A DNA stretch of 40,561 nucleotides from a virus (taxonomy: Duplodnaviria; Heunggongvirae; Uroviricota; Caudoviricetes). The notes beneath the pieces are model-generated. The model had not been told where the DNA came from, did not search any database, and worked only from the letters and a program-made list of their open reading frames with translations. Below are positions 9,357-18,386 of the stretch, one piece after another; positions within the stretch are counted from its first letter, which is position 1, and each line of letters starts with the position of its first letter. The stretch lies in the IMG/VR virus record IMGVR_UViG_2734482585_000012; one strand, written 5' to 3'. The translations under genes and the position numbers were made by a program.

Positions 9357-10496
9357 TTAACCAAGAATCAGACAACCATGTGCCGGCTTCACTGATGAAA
9401 CACCCCATGCCAGTCCAACTTCATAGCGCACCTGGCGATACTGACGATACAGTGCAATCTGGAACGTAATCCCTGAAATCGGGTCCGTAACATTCATTAC
9501 ATCATCAGCATTATCGCCACCTTCCGGCATTGCCGGAGTACGGGATGCCAGCAGAAACGCGTTGCGATCAAACGCCATATTTGCAGTAAAGGCCCCAACA
9601 ACTGTGATGGCAGTATCATCGGCCAGATCCTGACGCAGTCCGGGCGCTGCAAGAGTAATCAGATTGCTGGTCGCTGCTGCCACAACATACTGATTCGGAT
9701 CACCAGCGAACGTAACAATCTGACCTGCAGAAATACTCCCCGAACCAGTATCAATGGAAATAAGAACATCGCCTTCTTTTTTCTCTCCATTCACGAGATA
9801 ACCAGTTGCAGCAACCTTTGGCGCTCGTTTCACACCTGCCGAACTGTGAATATTGAATCCCTCCAGACGCCCCAACACGCCCTCACGCAGTAGCTGTTCA
9901 GTGCCGGATTCATTCACTTTAAACAATACAGACTGTTTTCCGCGCAAATTAGCAATGGCAGTGGAGCCAAGCACCATCTGCAGATCGGTTGTCGGTGCGC
10001 CGTTATCCTCCAGAACCTGACGAGCCAGAGCAGCATCAGAAAGATCATCTTTAACACCAAACGGCGTTGTCCCTGCGGTTCCCACGGCGCGGGAAGCACC
10101 GAAATACAACGCACCAAGATCAGCCTCAACCTCGTTTGCAAGGGCGCGAAAAGCCTGCTTGAACTGATCAGCCAGAATGGTGTTGTAAGTCCCTGAAGGG
10201 CCAAGAGCCAGTTGTTCTTCACCATTCCATTTAACCGGTGCCATTTTGGATTTAGTAATTTTTACATCAACAGTGCCAATATTTTGATCACCGGTATTCG
10301 GAGCTGACGGCCCCGGTACGATATCTTCGGTTTTCGCCTCAGGCGCAACTGGCGCGGTTACCGTCTGATCTTTTGCTGCGGCGTCAGCTTTTGCGTTTTT
10401 TGCTACCGCAGGGATAAAACCTACCTGCTCACGGGATACAACATCCAGGGCGGTATAAATAGTCGGGATCAACCCGGTCAGGGTATTTCCAGCCAT
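9357..10496 (-). CDS. Major capsid protein
   Basis: 379 aa from internal Met (MAGNTLTGL…) with SD AAGGAA; follows the scaffold gene; Ala/Gly/Thr-rich composition. Confidence 0.7.
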   Translation of the reverse strand: MAGNTLTGLIPTIYTALDVVSREQVGFIPAVAKNAKADAAAKDQTVTAPVAPEAKTEDIVPGPSAPNTGDQNIGTVDVKITKSKMAPVKWNGEEQLALGPSGTYNTILADQFKQAFRALANEVEADLGALYFGASRAVGTAGTTPFGVKDDLSDAALARQVLEDNGAPTTDLQMVLGSTAIANLRGKQSVLFKVNESGTEQLLREGVLGRLEGFNIHSSAGVKRAPKVAATGYLVNGEKKEGDVLISIDTGSGSISAGQIVTFAGDPNQYVVAAATSNLITLAAPGLRQDLADDTAITVVGAFTANMAFDRNAFLLASRTPAMPEGGDNADDVMNVTDPISGITFQIALYRQYRQVRYEVGLAWGVSSVKPAHGCLILG

Positions 10497-10594
10497 AATT
10501 AAATATTCCTTAAAAATTTGCGTAATTGTGAATAGATGGAGTAATGAGCTATCCAGCCCTGACACCAGCTCCCATCCGGAAGCTGACAAATGTG

Positions 10595-11359
10595 TTAATC
10601 AACGATTGTGATACCGTCTTTCAATGCGTTTTGCTTACCTGCAACATCCAGTGCATCAAAAGCAGAGCGTTTCATCGTTTTCTGACCAATATCATGCTGT
10701 GTCGGACGGGAGCCGCCGCCATTGTTGCCACTGGCTTTCAGGATGTAGTCTTTCTGAGGGTAATTTTCGACAAGGAACTCCAGCGCCTCATCAAACTGCG
10801 CCAGTTCGCCAGGCTTCGCGCGGGAATAAATTTTGTTGCCGGAAGCGTCATAAGCAACGATCCTCCCTTCTTCCACTTTGAATGCCTGCCCGAAGCGGGC
10901 TTGTAATAAATCTGCCGGGATCGCAATTTTATCGGCAATATATTTTGAACCCGCAAAACTACCGCCAATCATAGAATCGTAAAGCTGCTTCTCCAGCATC
11001 TGAGAGCGTTGCTTTTCTTCATCTAATTGCTGCTGAAAATTTTTCGTAATTTCTGCCTTAACCTGGTCAACCTGTCCCGCATCGAGCAGCTTTTTCTGGT
11101 CGATTTTTGACAGCATTTCCAGTGCCTCGATCGCCTTCTTCGGGTCTTCGATAGCGGCAAACTTAGCCAGTTTTTCCTCTGCAGCTTCTTTAGCCAGGCG
11201 ATGATTTTTTGCCTCGCCATTAAGCTCTGTAATTTTTTTTGTCGCCAGCGGTGCATCGAAGCCAATTTCTTTACCATCGTCGTGCACATAAACTGGCAGG
11301 CCAGCAGTATCAATTTCTGCGTATTGTTTTCCGTTAATCTCGACCGTTTTCAGTTTCAT
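10595..11359 (-). CDS. Head scaffolding protein
   Basis: 254 aa from MKLKTVEINGK…; highly charged, helical, Lys/Glu/Ala/Gln-rich; position between head morphogenesis protein and capsid. Confidence 0.65.
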   Translation of the reverse strand: MKLKTVEINGKQYAEIDTAGLPVYVHDDGKEIGFDAPLATKKITELNGEAKNHRLAKEAAEEKLAKFAAIEDPKKAIEALEMLSKIDQKKLLDAGQVDQVKAEITKNFQQQLDEEKQRSQMLEKQLYDSMIGGSFAGSKYIADKIAIPADLLQARFGQAFKVEEGRIVAYDASGNKIYSRAKPGELAQFDEALEFLVENYPQKDYILKASGNNGGGSRPTQHDIGQKTMKRSAFDALDVAGKQNALKDGITIVD

Positions 11360-11463
11360 ATTAGTACCTGGTTTAAGTCTTCCGACAGTTACGCTGCTCA
11401 CCATCCGGATCGCAGCAATAAAAAAGGCCACCCGAAGGTAGCCTGTTGTAATAAATGATTTAT

Positions 11464-12579
11464 TTAAATCCCTGCTTTTCTGAATACCTGTGCATCACGC
11501 TCACGGAGCTGCTTCAGCGTCAGCCATTCGCCTTTATCGGTGTAAAATTCATCTGGCGACATACCACCATCCCGAATCAGCTTTGCTCGGCTTTCCCCCA
11601 CAATCTGTTTTTGTCTGGTGTAAGGCTGACGCAAAAACCATTCCCTGTAGGTTGTATCTCCGGCCACCACGCCATCCATGCTGGCCCGCTCAGCCGGGGA
11701 AATATCGCGAACATCAATACCCAGTTCCTTCGCTGATTTCAGAATGAACGTTTCCGTTGAGCGGCAGCAGAAATGAATTTTTCCCGGCCCCTGCAAATAA
11801 GGCACGCTGTGACCTACAGGTTTATTATTCAGCGTATATTTGAGGCGATCCCTGATTCGACATTGTGGCGTAGTACGATTATCAAGCGTTGATAACCATT
11901 GCTTACCCTTAATCAAATCATTATTCGCGCTGGCAAAACTCTCACGGGCAGTAGCAGCAAGATGTCCAACCGCTGTTTTTGCAATGCTGGCCGCATTAGC
12001 CCGGCTCATCTGCAATGCACCATCCTGAAATCCCTTACTGACATGTCCCCGAATTTTTCTTGCGATCTGCTCATTGGTATCCCCCAGCAAAAAACCCTGA
12101 CGCACTGTATTTGTTATGCGTCTGAGCCGATCCGCCTCAAGATCTGAGGCCCACTCACTGAGCAGTCGTCCCTGGAATGGTCGCGCCATTGCAGCGGCAT
12201 AAAGTGCATCAGGAGAGATACCAACCAGAGGGTGAACATCAGCAACAAAATCAGGTAGCATAGAATCAAACAGACTTAACTGATAACCAGCCTCATAAAT
12301 TGCCAGCTCGTTCAGCTCTCCGGAGAGACTGGTAAACATGCTGTTAATAGCAGTGCGGTTAACCTCTCTGACGCTCGCCAGAAGTGACTCCAGGCGCTTA
12401 ACGGTAAAACTACCTGGATCGAGGCTGTCCAGTGCTATCAGCAGGCGAGCAGTAAGTTCCGCATCGCTGTCATTCAGTATTTTCACCATTCTGGCAGCCA
12501 CGCCAGTGCTATAGCGGGATATCCAGACTGCATGAGCAATTGATTCATCACGCAGCCGTTCATTCACGGTTTGCATCAT
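11464..12579 (-). CDS. Head morphogenesis protein (SPP1 gp7 / Mu F-like minor head protein)
   Basis: 371 aa with …LDNRTTPQCR… motif recalled from this family; directly downstream of portal. Confidence 0.75.
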   Translation of the reverse strand: MMQTVNERLRDESIAHAVWISRYSTGVAARMVKILNDSDAELTARLLIALDSLDPGSFTVKRLESLLASVREVNRTAINSMFTSLSGELNELAIYEAGYQLSLFDSMLPDFVADVHPLVGISPDALYAAAMARPFQGRLLSEWASDLEADRLRRITNTVRQGFLLGDTNEQIARKIRGHVSKGFQDGALQMSRANAASIAKTAVGHLAATARESFASANNDLIKGKQWLSTLDNRTTPQCRIRDRLKYTLNNKPVGHSVPYLQGPGKIHFCCRSTETFILKSAKELGIDVRDISPAERASMDGVVAGDTTYREWFLRQPYTRQKQIVGESRAKLIRDGGMSPDEFYTDKGEWLTLKQLRERDAQVFRKAGI

Positions 12580-13966
12580 TGATTTCCATCAGCATTACAC
12601 TCTGATTTTTTAATTCATCGATCACTTCCTCTGGACGGGAATCCTGATCGATAAATTTCAACGCCTGCAACACCCGAACCGCATCAATCTGACGTATATC
12701 ACCGCCCTGACGCAATGACTGAACAGCCAGCGCGGAGGATGAGTCAAACACCTGGGCAGATACATCCAGTTCAGTGCGCACATCCACATTGCCACCGCAA
12801 CTCTCTCCGATCCATTCCGCCATTATCTGGAGAATATTATCGAGGGCATCTTCGAGGGAGTTCGCCATTGTATAAAGCGGCGAGTTTTCCTGCATTCGCT
12901 CTTCATTAGTCTGATCAACAGATTTGGTGGATGTATTTTCAGCACGCAGAAGTTTAGCGCCGGCATGACGCATCTGATTTTCCAGCTTCTCAAGTGATGT
13001 TTCGCCAGATTCTATCGCTGCGCCACTATGTTCAACATATTCGAGGCCATTTTTTGTTCTGTCCTCAAAAATCGTAGCGGTGGATGCACCAACCGTCAGT
13101 TCTTCATTCCTGTCCAGCCCGTAGGCCACCAGCAATGGAACGCGGGCAACATGAAGAATATTGTCCTGCTCGCTCTGGCTTTGCCAGTGCTTGATATTCA
13201 GCAAGCCAAGATTAAGCAATGGCGGTGTACCACGCATAAATCCTGTTTTCTTCGTGTACAGTGTTACCAGAGGAATATCATCACGGCTGGTATTCCATGA
13301 CTCATGAAGCGTCCAGACAGATTCGCCATTAGTGCCTTCGCTACGTCGATAAATTTCAACTCGACGGGGCATAATATGGCGGATCTGCTCCACCTTCTTC
13401 TGCCCGAAATCATCACCATCAATAATGATGACCTCTTTTATACGCAAATCAGTGAGAACAACTTTCCCTTTTTCAACTTTCGATTTCCATCCAATAACCT
13501 GGCGTGGATTCAGCATCGTAACGTACGGACGACCACCGGTCGCGTTTTCATCGGCTTTTGTCCGAATCTCTTTCATATCCGTTCGTGGATAGTCCACCAG
13601 CGCATGTGCCACACCATACTGAAATGCGAGGCTGAAAAATTGCTGCGCCCACACATCCAGTCGGCTCCCCTCCATGTCGATATTTTCTGCATATTCCCTG
13701 ATTTTTGCCGGCGTTTCCTCACTCAATACTGTCGGCTCTGCAAATATGCGCCCAATATTTTGCTTGATGCTTTCTTCATACACAGGAAGTAGCGTAGCCA
13801 CAGACAGGCGTTTTTTATAAGCGTCTTCATCTTCGTTAGGCCATTTTGGGAGATAATTTTCCCCCTGCCTGCGCATTTCAAGCGTACCGCCCATCAGTGC
13901 GTCGTTAATATCCCACGCCTCCAGCATATCGTTATAGTCGAGGTTGGGTGTTGATATATCAGCCAT
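12560..13966 (-). CDS. Portal protein
   Basis: 468-aa ORF directly downstream of terminase large subunit; size and acidic C-terminal region typical of portals. Confidence 0.8.
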   Translation of the reverse strand: MADISTPNLDYNDMLEAWDINDALMGGTLEMRRQGENYLPKWPNEDEDAYKKRLSVATLLPVYEESIKQNIGRIFAEPTVLSEETPAKIREYAENIDMEGSRLDVWAQQFFSLAFQYGVAHALVDYPRTDMKEIRTKADENATGGRPYVTMLNPRQVIGWKSKVEKGKVVLTDLRIKEVIIIDGDDFGQKKVEQIRHIMPRRVEIYRRSEGTNGESVWTLHESWNTSRDDIPLVTLYTKKTGFMRGTPPLLNLGLLNIKHWQSQSEQDNILHVARVPLLVAYGLDRNEELTVGASTATIFEDRTKNGLEYVEHSGAAIESGETSLEKLENQMRHAGAKLLRAENTSTKSVDQTNEERMQENSPLYTMANSLEDALDNILQIMAEWIGESCGGNVDVRTELDVSAQVFDSSSALAVQSLRQGGDIRQIDAVRVLQALKFIDQDSRPEEVIDELKNQSVMLMEINDANRE

Positions 13967-13968
13967 AA

Positions 13969-15279
13969 TTAAATCCGAAGTGATGTGACTCTTCCGGTCG
14001 GTTTGACAATAGGGAATTGCTTAACGATGAAATAACCTCCGGCATCATTCGGGTGATCATTGCCAGATTTTTTATCAGGCTCCCCCTTCTCATCCCAGAC
14101 CTGTTGCTCCAGAGATTCGGCATATAACGGGCAACGCTTCACATTAACTTTATAGCGACGCTCACCATTGGCATTGCAGAACATTGCATTCATTGAGTTA
14201 ACGCGATCTTTTACTGGCGGGTTCGAGCTGTTCACCACAACGTTAAAACCAGCCTGCTTAAGCTGGGCTATATCCGTCGTACTTGCGTTACTTGATTTTC
14301 TGGAATCCCCGGAAGCATCTGGATAAATATAAATTTCCCTCACTTTCCGGTAATCATTCCCATCATACAGCCAGAAGCGTTCTTTAATGATGCGGATCAT
14401 ATCCGGCGTATCGTAGGCATTGATGATTTCAGTTACCGCACATGGAAGCCCCAAACGCAGCACATGGACGATTCCCGCCATCTTTCCAACGTTAAAATCC
14501 ATCCCAATATAAATCGGCTCCCCTGGCTGCTCCACTTCTTCGCAATTATTCAGTTTCCGGTCAAACTGATGGTAAACAGTACCACTTGTCAGGTTAGTAA
14601 ACTGTCCTCGAAGATAGGCTTTAATCAGCTCTGGAGGGTATGATTCAAGAAGCGAAGGAATGTAATCTGCTGGCAGGTTCTTTTCATTATCGAAAGTAGA
14701 TGCCTGCACCAGACCATACAGTGAGGCCAGCTCTGTTTTTTCACGCACGGCTTTAACAAACTGCTCGTAGACAAATTTGAATCCTTCCGGCGTGGTTGTA
14801 ACGTCAATACCGTTGCGAAGTCCATCAATCTTATAACGCATACGTGCAATTATCTTGCGCCACGCCGTTCTGGCTTTTTCCTTCGGCAAAATGTCCAGTT
14901 CATCCACCAACGCATTACCAATTTTGAAACCGACGATCGTTTGTGGCTTCTCCATCGATCTGCAGATAGTGGTTCCCCGATACTGGCGTCCGTAATAAAA
15001 GTGAACCTCTTTATTTCCCTCATTAATTTTTACGTTCAATCCCCAGTCAGCAGCAACTTCTTCCACTGTAGGGTAAAAAATATCGCGAATTTGGGGATAC
15101 GTTGGCGCAAAATATCCCTGATTTATACCTGGATGCTCCCAAATCCCCTTGCATATGCCGCCACACCCAACCCATGTTTTGCCCGAGCCAAAACCAGCAA
15201 TATAGGCTTTAAATTTATGGGGCATTGAAAGAAATCGCGCCTGAGGCACATTAAGCGTCGGAGAGATCATCTTCATCAC
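13969..15279 (-). CDS. Terminase large subunit
   Basis: 436 aa; Walker A-like GFGSGKT near N-terminus; acidic nuclease-type motifs; position. Confidence 0.85.
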   Translation of the reverse strand: MMKMISPTLNVPQARFLSMPHKFKAYIAGFGSGKTWVGCGGICKGIWEHPGINQGYFAPTYPQIRDIFYPTVEEVAADWGLNVKINEGNKEVHFYYGRQYRGTTICRSMEKPQTIVGFKIGNALVDELDILPKEKARTAWRKIIARMRYKIDGLRNGIDVTTTPEGFKFVYEQFVKAVREKTELASLYGLVQASTFDNEKNLPADYIPSLLESYPPELIKAYLRGQFTNLTSGTVYHQFDRKLNNCEEVEQPGEPIYIGMDFNVGKMAGIVHVLRLGLPCAVTEIINAYDTPDMIRIIKERFWLYDGNDYRKVREIYIYPDASGDSRKSSNASTTDIAQLKQAGFNVVVNSSNPPVKDRVNSMNAMFCNANGERRYKVNVKRCPLYAESLEQQVWDEKGEPDKKSGNDHPNDAGGYFIVKQFPIVKPTGRVTSLRI

Positions 15280-16345
15280 TCCTTACTCTGGCATCAACCA
15301 CATTAATATTGATCGCCACAGGCTGGGGATGTTCATTATCTTCCACCGTTTCGATCTCTTTGCGCAGCTTCTGGTTTTCCATTCTGCGCCGTTCAATTTC
15401 CAGTTCCCGTAGCCGCTTATCTGCACATAAAGCCCCGCCAGCAGAAAACAAACGCAACAATTCACGCCGGGCGGCAGCCTTATCCTCCAGCAGGATCTCA
15501 ACGCCGAATTTTCCGAATTTTGCCCCTGCATATAATTGCCGCGCATCCCCATCAAGCAGAGTGGTATCAGCCATATAAAGCTGTCCCGTTCCCTCACCGC
15601 AGCACTTCGGGCAGTCCGGATTGGGTATGGCGTTATCAACAAAGCCGAGGCCTCCATATTCCGGTTCGGGTTTGCCATCTCTGGAAGCCTGCGCCGCTGC
15701 CTTGTCGAATTCTGCTATATCGCGCCACTGGTAGAGATGATTCTCGCCCCAGCAATAACGGCAGTTAACACGGCGAAATTGTGCAAGCTGATTGGGGTCG
15801 GCCAGGACAATAGCCATCAACTGACTCACTAGTAAATCCAGGTCTGCGGTATAGCGTTTCTGGTACTGATTGCGGAAGTAGCTGATAGCGCGAAAAACCC
15901 TGGCATTTCTAAGCATACGACTGGCGTTGCTGTTAGCTGTCGCACCTTGCCCCTCATAACCGGCTAGTCGGTACGCCTCTGTCGGCTTTTTACCCTGAGC
16001 AACAAGCATCGCAAACTTAGCCTGCTGGTCAGAAATGCCGAATTCATCGGGACAGAACGAAAATTCCTCCGCGTCGCCCTCATTCAGGCCCGCATCGAAT
16101 ACTGGCTTTTTTTCCTGAGATTTTTCGTTCCGCTTTTGTGCAGTCTGCGCAGATTTTTTCTGCGCACTTTTTTGCGCAGTTTTGCACATTTCTGTCTGCG
16201 CATTTTTCGGAGTTTTTTTGATGTAACGACGGGCTGTTGCGTAATTCAGTCCCCTTGCTTCACACCATGCCACCGGAGATATACCGGAGCGGGTGTATTC
16301 AGCAATATACTCCTGCTGCAACGCCCCCCAGTCCGGTCTGCTCAT
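15251..16345 (-). CDS. Terminase small subunit (Terminase_2-like core with extra N-terminal HTH and Cys cluster)
   Basis: 364 aa; segment …QQAKFAMLVAQGKKPTEAYRLAGYEGQGATANSNASRMLRNARV… matches the small-terminase signature as I recall it; Cys cluster CRYCWGE…CPKCCGEG; unusually long for TerS. Confidence 0.6.
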   Translation of the reverse strand: MSRPDWGALQQEYIAEYTRSGISPVAWCEARGLNYATARRYIKKTPKNAQTEMCKTAQKSAQKKSAQTAQKRNEKSQEKKPVFDAGLNEGDAEEFSFCPDEFGISDQQAKFAMLVAQGKKPTEAYRLAGYEGQGATANSNASRMLRNARVFRAISYFRNQYQKRYTADLDLLVSQLMAIVLADPNQLAQFRRVNCRYCWGENHLYQWRDIAEFDKAAAQASRDGKPEPEYGGLGFVDNAIPNPDCPKCCGEGTGQLYMADTTLLDGDARQLYAGAKFGKFGVEILLEDKAAARRELLRLFSAGGALCADKRLRELEIERRRMENQKLRKEIETVEDNEHPQPVAININVVDARVRSDEDDLSDA

Positions 16346-16348
16346 CAG

Positions 16349-16600
16349 TTAGTCCTGATTTTTATCCACCCTGAGTAGTTCGCGCAGAGCAAAGGCATCC
16401 CCTTTTCTGGCAAGCTTAAACAATGCCGCTCGTAACTCGGCTTCACCTTTCGCTCTGCCCTTACGGATGGCCGCATAAAAATCTGTCATTGCTTCCCGAT
16501 TTTCTTTCAGTCGGTTCAGATCAACATCCAGAACGTCAGCGATTTGTTGTGCAGTCATCCGGCACGCTGCCAGAGACTCGACTTTCGAATACGGAATCAT
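16349..16600 (-). CDS. Hypothetical small protein (83 aa), possible DNA-binding accessory
   Basis: ORF with weak SD; overlaps the 3' end of the upstream gene by about 65 nt; no motif recognised. Confidence 0.35.
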   Translation of the reverse strand: MIPYSKVESLAACRMTAQQIADVLDVDLNRLKENREAMTDFYAAIRKGRAKGEAELRAALFKLARKGDAFALRELLRVDKNQD

Positions 16601-17468
16601 TTGTCACCCCCATTGATATGCAGGGTGTCTTCTTCCTGTATTTTTCGTGAAGGATTTTTACTGCAGCGTTGTTCCAGGTGACCTGATGGTGAATGCGTTT
16701 ATGACTGGCACCCATAAGTGAGATTTTTACGCACGACGGCGCATACATGACGGAGTAAAAACTTTTAACGTAGGTTCCGGAATCCAGATACAGCTCGGTC
16801 ATTCCGCCGCTGTTTTTCTGCGTCTGTTTCTGCCCTAACTGGACAGCACCGATCGTCATAAACAATTCACCACAGCGACCGAGATTCGTGTACGTATTCA
16901 CATCCTCGTTAATGCGCCCCATGAATGAGAACGGTCGATCAACCGAACAGATAAAGCTGTTCATTGCCTTGCGTTTCACCCACGAAGCATGGCCGCCATT
17001 GTCACCAAGAAAATCCCCGCCCTGCGACATAGCGATGGAAAGAGCAGGTATTGATTCGTAGTACGCAAGCATTTCAGAAAGGATCTCATCCAGTTTCCTT
17101 ATCGGGAAATAGGCCTGGTCATAGTTGCGATCCACCCGAAACTGGAACTCGTGATAATCATCATCGAGCTGAATGAAGTATTTACACCCGACCAGTTTTG
17201 CCTGGTCGAAACAGGCATTACGGGCGTAAAAAATTGAGCGGCGGTCACTAAAATTATCGGCTTCGTCAAAACGACTAGCAATATCGGCTTTGGAAAATAC
17301 CAGCACCTGTTCACCAAATTCAGCCATGTACTGATGCCGTGTCTTATCTTCATCATCAACAACGATAAAAATTTTCCCGGTATAGCCAGCACGACGCAAC
17401 GTCCGGTAAGTCAGAACTTTGTCCGGTCGCCCGTGAGTCAGAATAAAGGCGCAAAAATCATCACGCAT
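16536..17468 (-). CDS. Hypothetical protein with GT-A (family 2-like) glycosyltransferase signatures
   Basis: 310 aa from MRDDFCAFILTHGRPD…; strong SD GGAGGAGG; start overlaps ParB-like stop by 8 nt. Motifs KIFIVVDDEDKT and QLDDDY resemble the GT2 DD/DxD signatures (inference only). Confidence 0.4.
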   Translation of the reverse strand: MRDDFCAFILTHGRPDKVLTYRTLRRAGYTGKIFIVVDDEDKTRHQYMAEFGEQVLVFSKADIASRFDEADNFSDRRSIFYARNACFDQAKLVGCKYFIQLDDDYHEFQFRVDRNYDQAYFPIRKLDEILSEMLAYYESIPALSIAMSQGGDFLGDNGGHASWVKRKAMNSFICSVDRPFSFMGRINEDVNTYTNLGRCGELFMTIGAVQLGQKQTQKNSGGMTELYLDSGTYVKSFYSVMYAPSCVKISLMGASHKRIHHQVTWNNAAVKILHEKYRKKTPCISMGVTNDSVFESRVSGSVPDDCTTNR

Positions 17469-18249
17469 ATTCCTCCTCCCCGCCATGCATGATCTCCACC
17501 ATGCGCTGCGTCATTCGGACAAATCCATTTTCAATAGCCTGCTGATAATCAATGATCACCAGCGCCGACTCCTCGAAAAGGCACTGAATTTCAGCGGGGG
17601 CATGAGCGTAATAGTCCGCAATTCTGCTGAAATTAAACACCGTGTGACGTTCTGCTGCACACAGGAGGAATTTCTCAATATCAGGATCAAGGGACGCCGA
17701 ACGTATCCGGCTGATCAGCTCCTGAGTTTTCGTATCGTCGTACAGTTCACTGATATCCGGTTTACCGCCTGACGGCTCATAAACAGGCGTATCAATTTTC
17801 GTCGTATACGGCTCCTCCTCATTTCCTGTACCGGGCAAAACATCCGTCAACAGTTCATCAATTTCTGCCGGGATGAAGCCTGTCAGGGAGACATCAAAAT
17901 CAGCATTGATTAGGTCCGACAGCTCCATCCGCAACAGATCTTCATCCCAGCCAGCATTCATCGGCAGGCGATTATCTGCCAGGCGGTACGCCTTTTTCTG
18001 CTCATCCGTCAGGCCAGACAGAACAATGACCGGAACAGAATCCATTTTGAGCATTTCAGCCGCCATAACACGACCGTGACCCGCAATAATTTCGCCCTTT
18101 TCGTCAATCAGCACCGGATTAGTCCAGCCGAATTGCTTAATACTTTCTACCAGTTGTGCCACCTGCTCAGTACTGTGCGTCCTGGCGTTGTGCGCATACG
18201 GTGACAATTCTTGTAATGGGCGATAGACTATCTTTAATTTCTCGCTCAT
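17461..18249 (-). CDS. ParB-like nuclease domain protein
   Basis: 262 aa; N-terminal …KIVYRPLQELSPYAHNARTHS…IIAGHGR… resembles the ParB N-terminal (ParBc) domain; likely the intact counterpart of K-12 Rac ynaK/ydaY remnants. Confidence 0.75.
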   Translation of the reverse strand: MSEKLKIVYRPLQELSPYAHNARTHSTEQVAQLVESIKQFGWTNPVLIDEKGEIIAGHGRVMAAEMLKMDSVPVIVLSGLTDEQKKAYRLADNRLPMNAGWDEDLLRMELSDLINADFDVSLTGFIPAEIDELLTDVLPGTGNEEEPYTTKIDTPVYEPSGGKPDISELYDDTKTQELISRIRSASLDPDIEKFLLCAAERHTVFNFSRIADYYAHAPAEIQCLFEESALVIIDYQQAIENGFVRMTQRMVEIMHGGEEEYA

Positions 18250-18386
18250 ACAGCCTTGCTTTATGAATAAAACGCACCCCAGCAGCCAGTGCTACTGGGG
18301 GCGGAGGTGTTGCTGGTAAAGTTAGGTATTGGATCAATGAGTGAGTCAACATAATATTAAACTCACAATTATAAATCAGCCATATA

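Noticed and set aside
9914-10225. 103-aa ORF inside the major capsid gene
   Set aside because: Nested in another frame of a well-supported structural gene; no SD.
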